A stretch of 38,380 nucleotides of DNA from a virus (taxonomy: Duplodnaviria; Caudoviricetes). Below are positions 35,941-38,380 of this stretch, in pieces. Below the pieces are notes generated by a model. The model was given only the letters and a program-made list of their open reading frames with translations. It searched no databases and was not told the origin of the DNA. The stretch is from IMG/VR virus record IMGVR_UViG_3300038696_000181, positions 1-38,380 of that record, one strand, 5' to 3'. A program made the translations under genes and the position numbers. Numbering within the stretch: position 1 is the stretch's first letter; each line of letters opens with the position of its first letter.

Positions 35941-36930
35941 ATGGAATGTCTCAAAAATTTGGTAGGTCTGGATGGGTGCACGTCTGGGAATGAACCTTAC
36001 AAGCTAAATCAAATCGGGTTGAGCCTTGGGCAACTCGAAAAACTCCTCCCAGACGGATATAAAAACGTCCCCGATTGGTTGGAGGCGATAAAGGATCTCG
36101 CGGCTCAAGAGTTATCCAACGACGTTATAAATTACGTCTCCTCCTCTGTTAAGGTCGAGACACTCCTCGAGAATAACGTCGCGGGATATTATAACGAGAG
36201 GCTCAAGGAGACAACGGCTCCCAATTATGCGGGTCTTTATTTTGATCTCTGGAATCGGAGCGCATACGCAAAACTCAAAATCTCCTCAATCAAATTTTTT
36301 GGAAAACATACGGGAGACGTTGCGGTTAAAATTGTAAACCTCTTGAACGGTCAAGAGATTGACTCGGTAACGATCCCCGCGGAGGCGGATAAAGTTATTG
36401 AGGTCCCCGTCGATATCGAGGTTAAAAGTAAGATGAGGGATTTAAAGGTTGCCGTTATTTACGACGCCTCGTTGATTACTTCATACGAGGCGACTCTCGT
36501 TAAGTCGGGTTGTACAAATTGCGGAGGCTCCAGAGGATACCGATCAAGTATTGCCTCGATTAATCCTCTCAATATTGTTGAGCCTTTTATTGAGTCCAAT
36601 AAGACGGGGCGATCCGATACGGCGGGACTCTCGATCGATTACGCTTGGACTTGTGATCAATCGGAGTTTGTATGTAGCGTATCGGGATCTCTTGGGTTGC
36701 CTTATTTGTATCGCGTTGGTTACAACTTAATCGTTTCCGCTCTCAATGGTTTCTCTCAATGGTCGGATCAAATGACTGTAAACCGAGAGCAAAACGAGGA
36801 AAGATCAATGTTTTTTGAGGGTCGTTACGCCTCAGAAATGGAGAAATTTTTGAAAAACGCAAGGGTCCCGAAAAACGTTTGTTTTACTTGTAATCCAAAG
36901 GTCGGGATCTTAACTCGTTTACCTGGATAA
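35941..36930 (+). CDS. Head completion/adaptor-like structural protein
   Basis: Position after the capsid gene; Cys-rich. Confidence 0.5.
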   Translation: MECLKNLVGLDGCTSGNEPYKLNQIGLSLGQLEKLLPDGYKNVPDWLEAIKDLAAQELSNDVINYVSSSVKVETLLENNVAGYYNERLKETTAPNYAGLYFDLWNRSAYAKLKISSIKFFGKHTGDVAVKIVNLLNGQEIDSVTIPAEADKVIEVPVDIEVKSKMRDLKVAVIYDASLITSYEATLVKSGCTNCGGSRGYRSSIASINPLNIVEPFIESNKTGRSDTAGLSIDYAWTCDQSEFVCSVSGSLGLPYLYRVGYNLIVSALNGFSQWSDQMTVNREQNEERSMFFEGRYASEMEKFLKNARVPKNVCFTCNPKVGILTRLPG

Positions 36931-37424
36931 TGGCTTGGAAAGAGCAAATATTACAAAAGGTCTCAAACGCTCAACTTGCTCGAGCGATGGAAATTGCGGC
37001 CCGCGATGTCCTCCCAGATATGGCGGATCGAATTTTTAACAAGGGTCAAGCAACGGACGGAGGCCCGATCGGGTCTTACTCAACGAAACCGATTTACATT
37101 GAGAAAACAAGATCTCCGAGATCCGCGGGAGTCGAAAAGAAATCGACTTACTTTTTTAAAGGAGGGTACAAGGAATTTAAGTCGAGGATTGGACGCGGAG
37201 AAAAGGTCAACCTCAAAGTCTTTGGACGCTTACAACAAGACTTTTTATCTCCTCTCAAGATAGATCTCCCAAACGGGGTCCGATACGAACTTAAAAACGA
37301 GGAAAACGCCAAAAAGAAAAGCGGAGCGGAGGATCATTTCGCAAGGGTCATTTTTAATTTAACTCCAGAGGAGCGGTCGACAATAGTTAGGACCGTATCT
37401 TTTGAAATTACAAGGGATATATGA
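36930..37424 (+). CDS. Neck/virion morphogenesis protein
   Basis: Basic; RIFNKG...G..IGSYS and KVNL..FGRL pattern. Confidence 0.5.
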   Translation: MAWKEQILQKVSNAQLARAMEIAARDVLPDMADRIFNKGQATDGGPIGSYSTKPIYIEKTRSPRSAGVEKKSTYFFKGGYKEFKSRIGRGEKVNLKVFGRLQQDFLSPLKIDLPNGVRYELKNEENAKKKSGAEDHFARVIFNLTPEERSTIVRTVSFEITRDI

Positions 37425-38008
37425 TCAAGGATATTATTGATTACCTAAACGGGCGATTGGGCTCTCTTAATTATTTCTCAAAAAATTACTCTCTTTGCGA
37501 GCTCCAAACCTTTGAAGGGTCAAAAAAGATGCCCGTAATATATGAGGGTGCAAAATGGACTCCAGTCGATTTATTGGGCCTTGGGACGACTTATTGGAGG
37601 AAAGTCTCCGACGTTTCTTTTGAGGAGGTCGACACGATGGTTTCGGGCCGCGTTTTATATGAGTCAAGGTTTACGCTTGTTCTCGTTGCCTTTACAACGA
37701 GGTCCGAGTTTCCAGGCGACAATAATTTTTCTCCCGACCGATTAGCAACGGGATTGATCAAGACTTGCACAATTACGGGAGGCGATCTTATGAGATCGAT
37801 CGGAGCTCGTAAATTAAGCGTCCGTCCGAGTGGATACGCTACAAATCCAGAGGGGATAAAAGAGTCCGAGTTTGTCGGGGTTGACTTTAGTCGATTTAAA
37901 GATAAAGATCTTGCGGTTGCGATTACTTTCGACGTCGTTATTACCTCTCAAAATATTTGTCTTGAGGAGCCTTGCGGCGTCTCTTTTCCTGAAAAGACAA
38001 CGATTTAA
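37421..38008 (+). CDS. Tail terminator-like structural protein
   Basis: Size and position after the neck gene. Confidence 0.4.
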   Translation: MIKDIIDYLNGRLGSLNYFSKNYSLCELQTFEGSKKMPVIYEGAKWTPVDLLGLGTTYWRKVSDVSFEEVDTMVSGRVLYESRFTLVLVAFTTRSEFPGDNNFSPDRLATGLIKTCTITGGDLMRSIGARKLSVRPSGYATNPEGIKESEFVGVDFSRFKDKDLAVAITFDVVITSQNICLEEPCGVSFPEKTTI

Positions 38009-38036
38009 ACACTTACTTTGTAATTAAACAAAAACA

Positions 38037-38380
38037 ATGATACAACAACTTACTCCCGCGACGGATATTCCAGACGTACCCGCAAACATTAATAACGCGA
38101 TCTCTTTTCACGAGGACGTGATTTACGGCCCCGGAGATCGGGATCGATTGGACTTATATCGGCCAAAAAAAGCCCAAGGATCAACTCCTTGTCTCGTTTT
38201 TATTCATGGAGGATCGTTTGTATCTGGAGACAAAGGCGCCATAAGACGCCCAACTTATCAGTCGTTCATTACGGCCTTGCTCGGAAAGGGGATTTCCGTA
38301 CTCTCTGTAAATTATGAGTTGACTCAAACTCCTTTTGATCCGCAAGGGATAGGTCGAGCAATGAGAGGTATCGCAAAGGC
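38037..38380 (+). CDS. Alpha/beta hydrolase (HSL-like esterase), truncated by the window end
   Basis: Not in the track: MIQQLTP...DVIYGPGDRDRLDLYRP...TPCLVFIHGGSFVSGDK...GISVLSVNYEL. Confidence 0.8.
   Translation, partial: MIQQLTPATDIPDVPANINNAISFHEDVIYGPGDRDRLDLYRPKKAQGSTPCLVFIHGGSFVSGDKGAIRRPTYQSFITALLGKGISVLSVNYELTQTPFDPQGIGRAMRGIAK

Noticed and set aside
1-38380. Stop-codon reassignment as seen in some Bacteroidota phages
   Set aside because: Genes are full length under the standard code, and TAA, TAG and TGA all end real genes.
1-38380. tRNA/rRNA genes, integrase, endolysin
   Set aside because: None was recognised in this window, so lifestyle (temperate vs lytic) cannot be determined.

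Overview
This window is an internal 38 kb piece of a tailed dsDNA phage (or prophage) genome, most likely infecting a Bacteroidota host. The host inference rests on TAnnTTTG -7 promoter boxes, A-rich translation starts without Shine-Dalgarno, a host-like DnaB and a Fib_succ_major-type protein. From left to right: a leftward recombination module (exonuclease, RecT, C5 DNA methyltransferase); a rightward replication/early module; terS; a 2.5 kb accessory island; an amino-MTase, an HNH nuclease and a Rieske-motif protein; terL; tail genes (fibres, chaperone with a -1 frameshift, tape measure); two glycosyltransferases; portal; an inverted DnaB unit; head genes; and a truncated esterase. The main discovery is the island at 6426-8936, which looks like an integron-type gene-cassette array inside the phage. 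Five attC-like imperfect palindromes (AACG...TGTT) delimit four cassettes, and each cassette's two ends are reverse complements of each other. The outermost boxes reconstitute a single empty site, and no integrase is present in the window. The sites appear inverted relative to the genes, and two cassette genes, one a DNA cytosine methyltransferase, take their start codon from inside the attC loop. All product calls come from motifs read by eye and from gene context; no searches were run.
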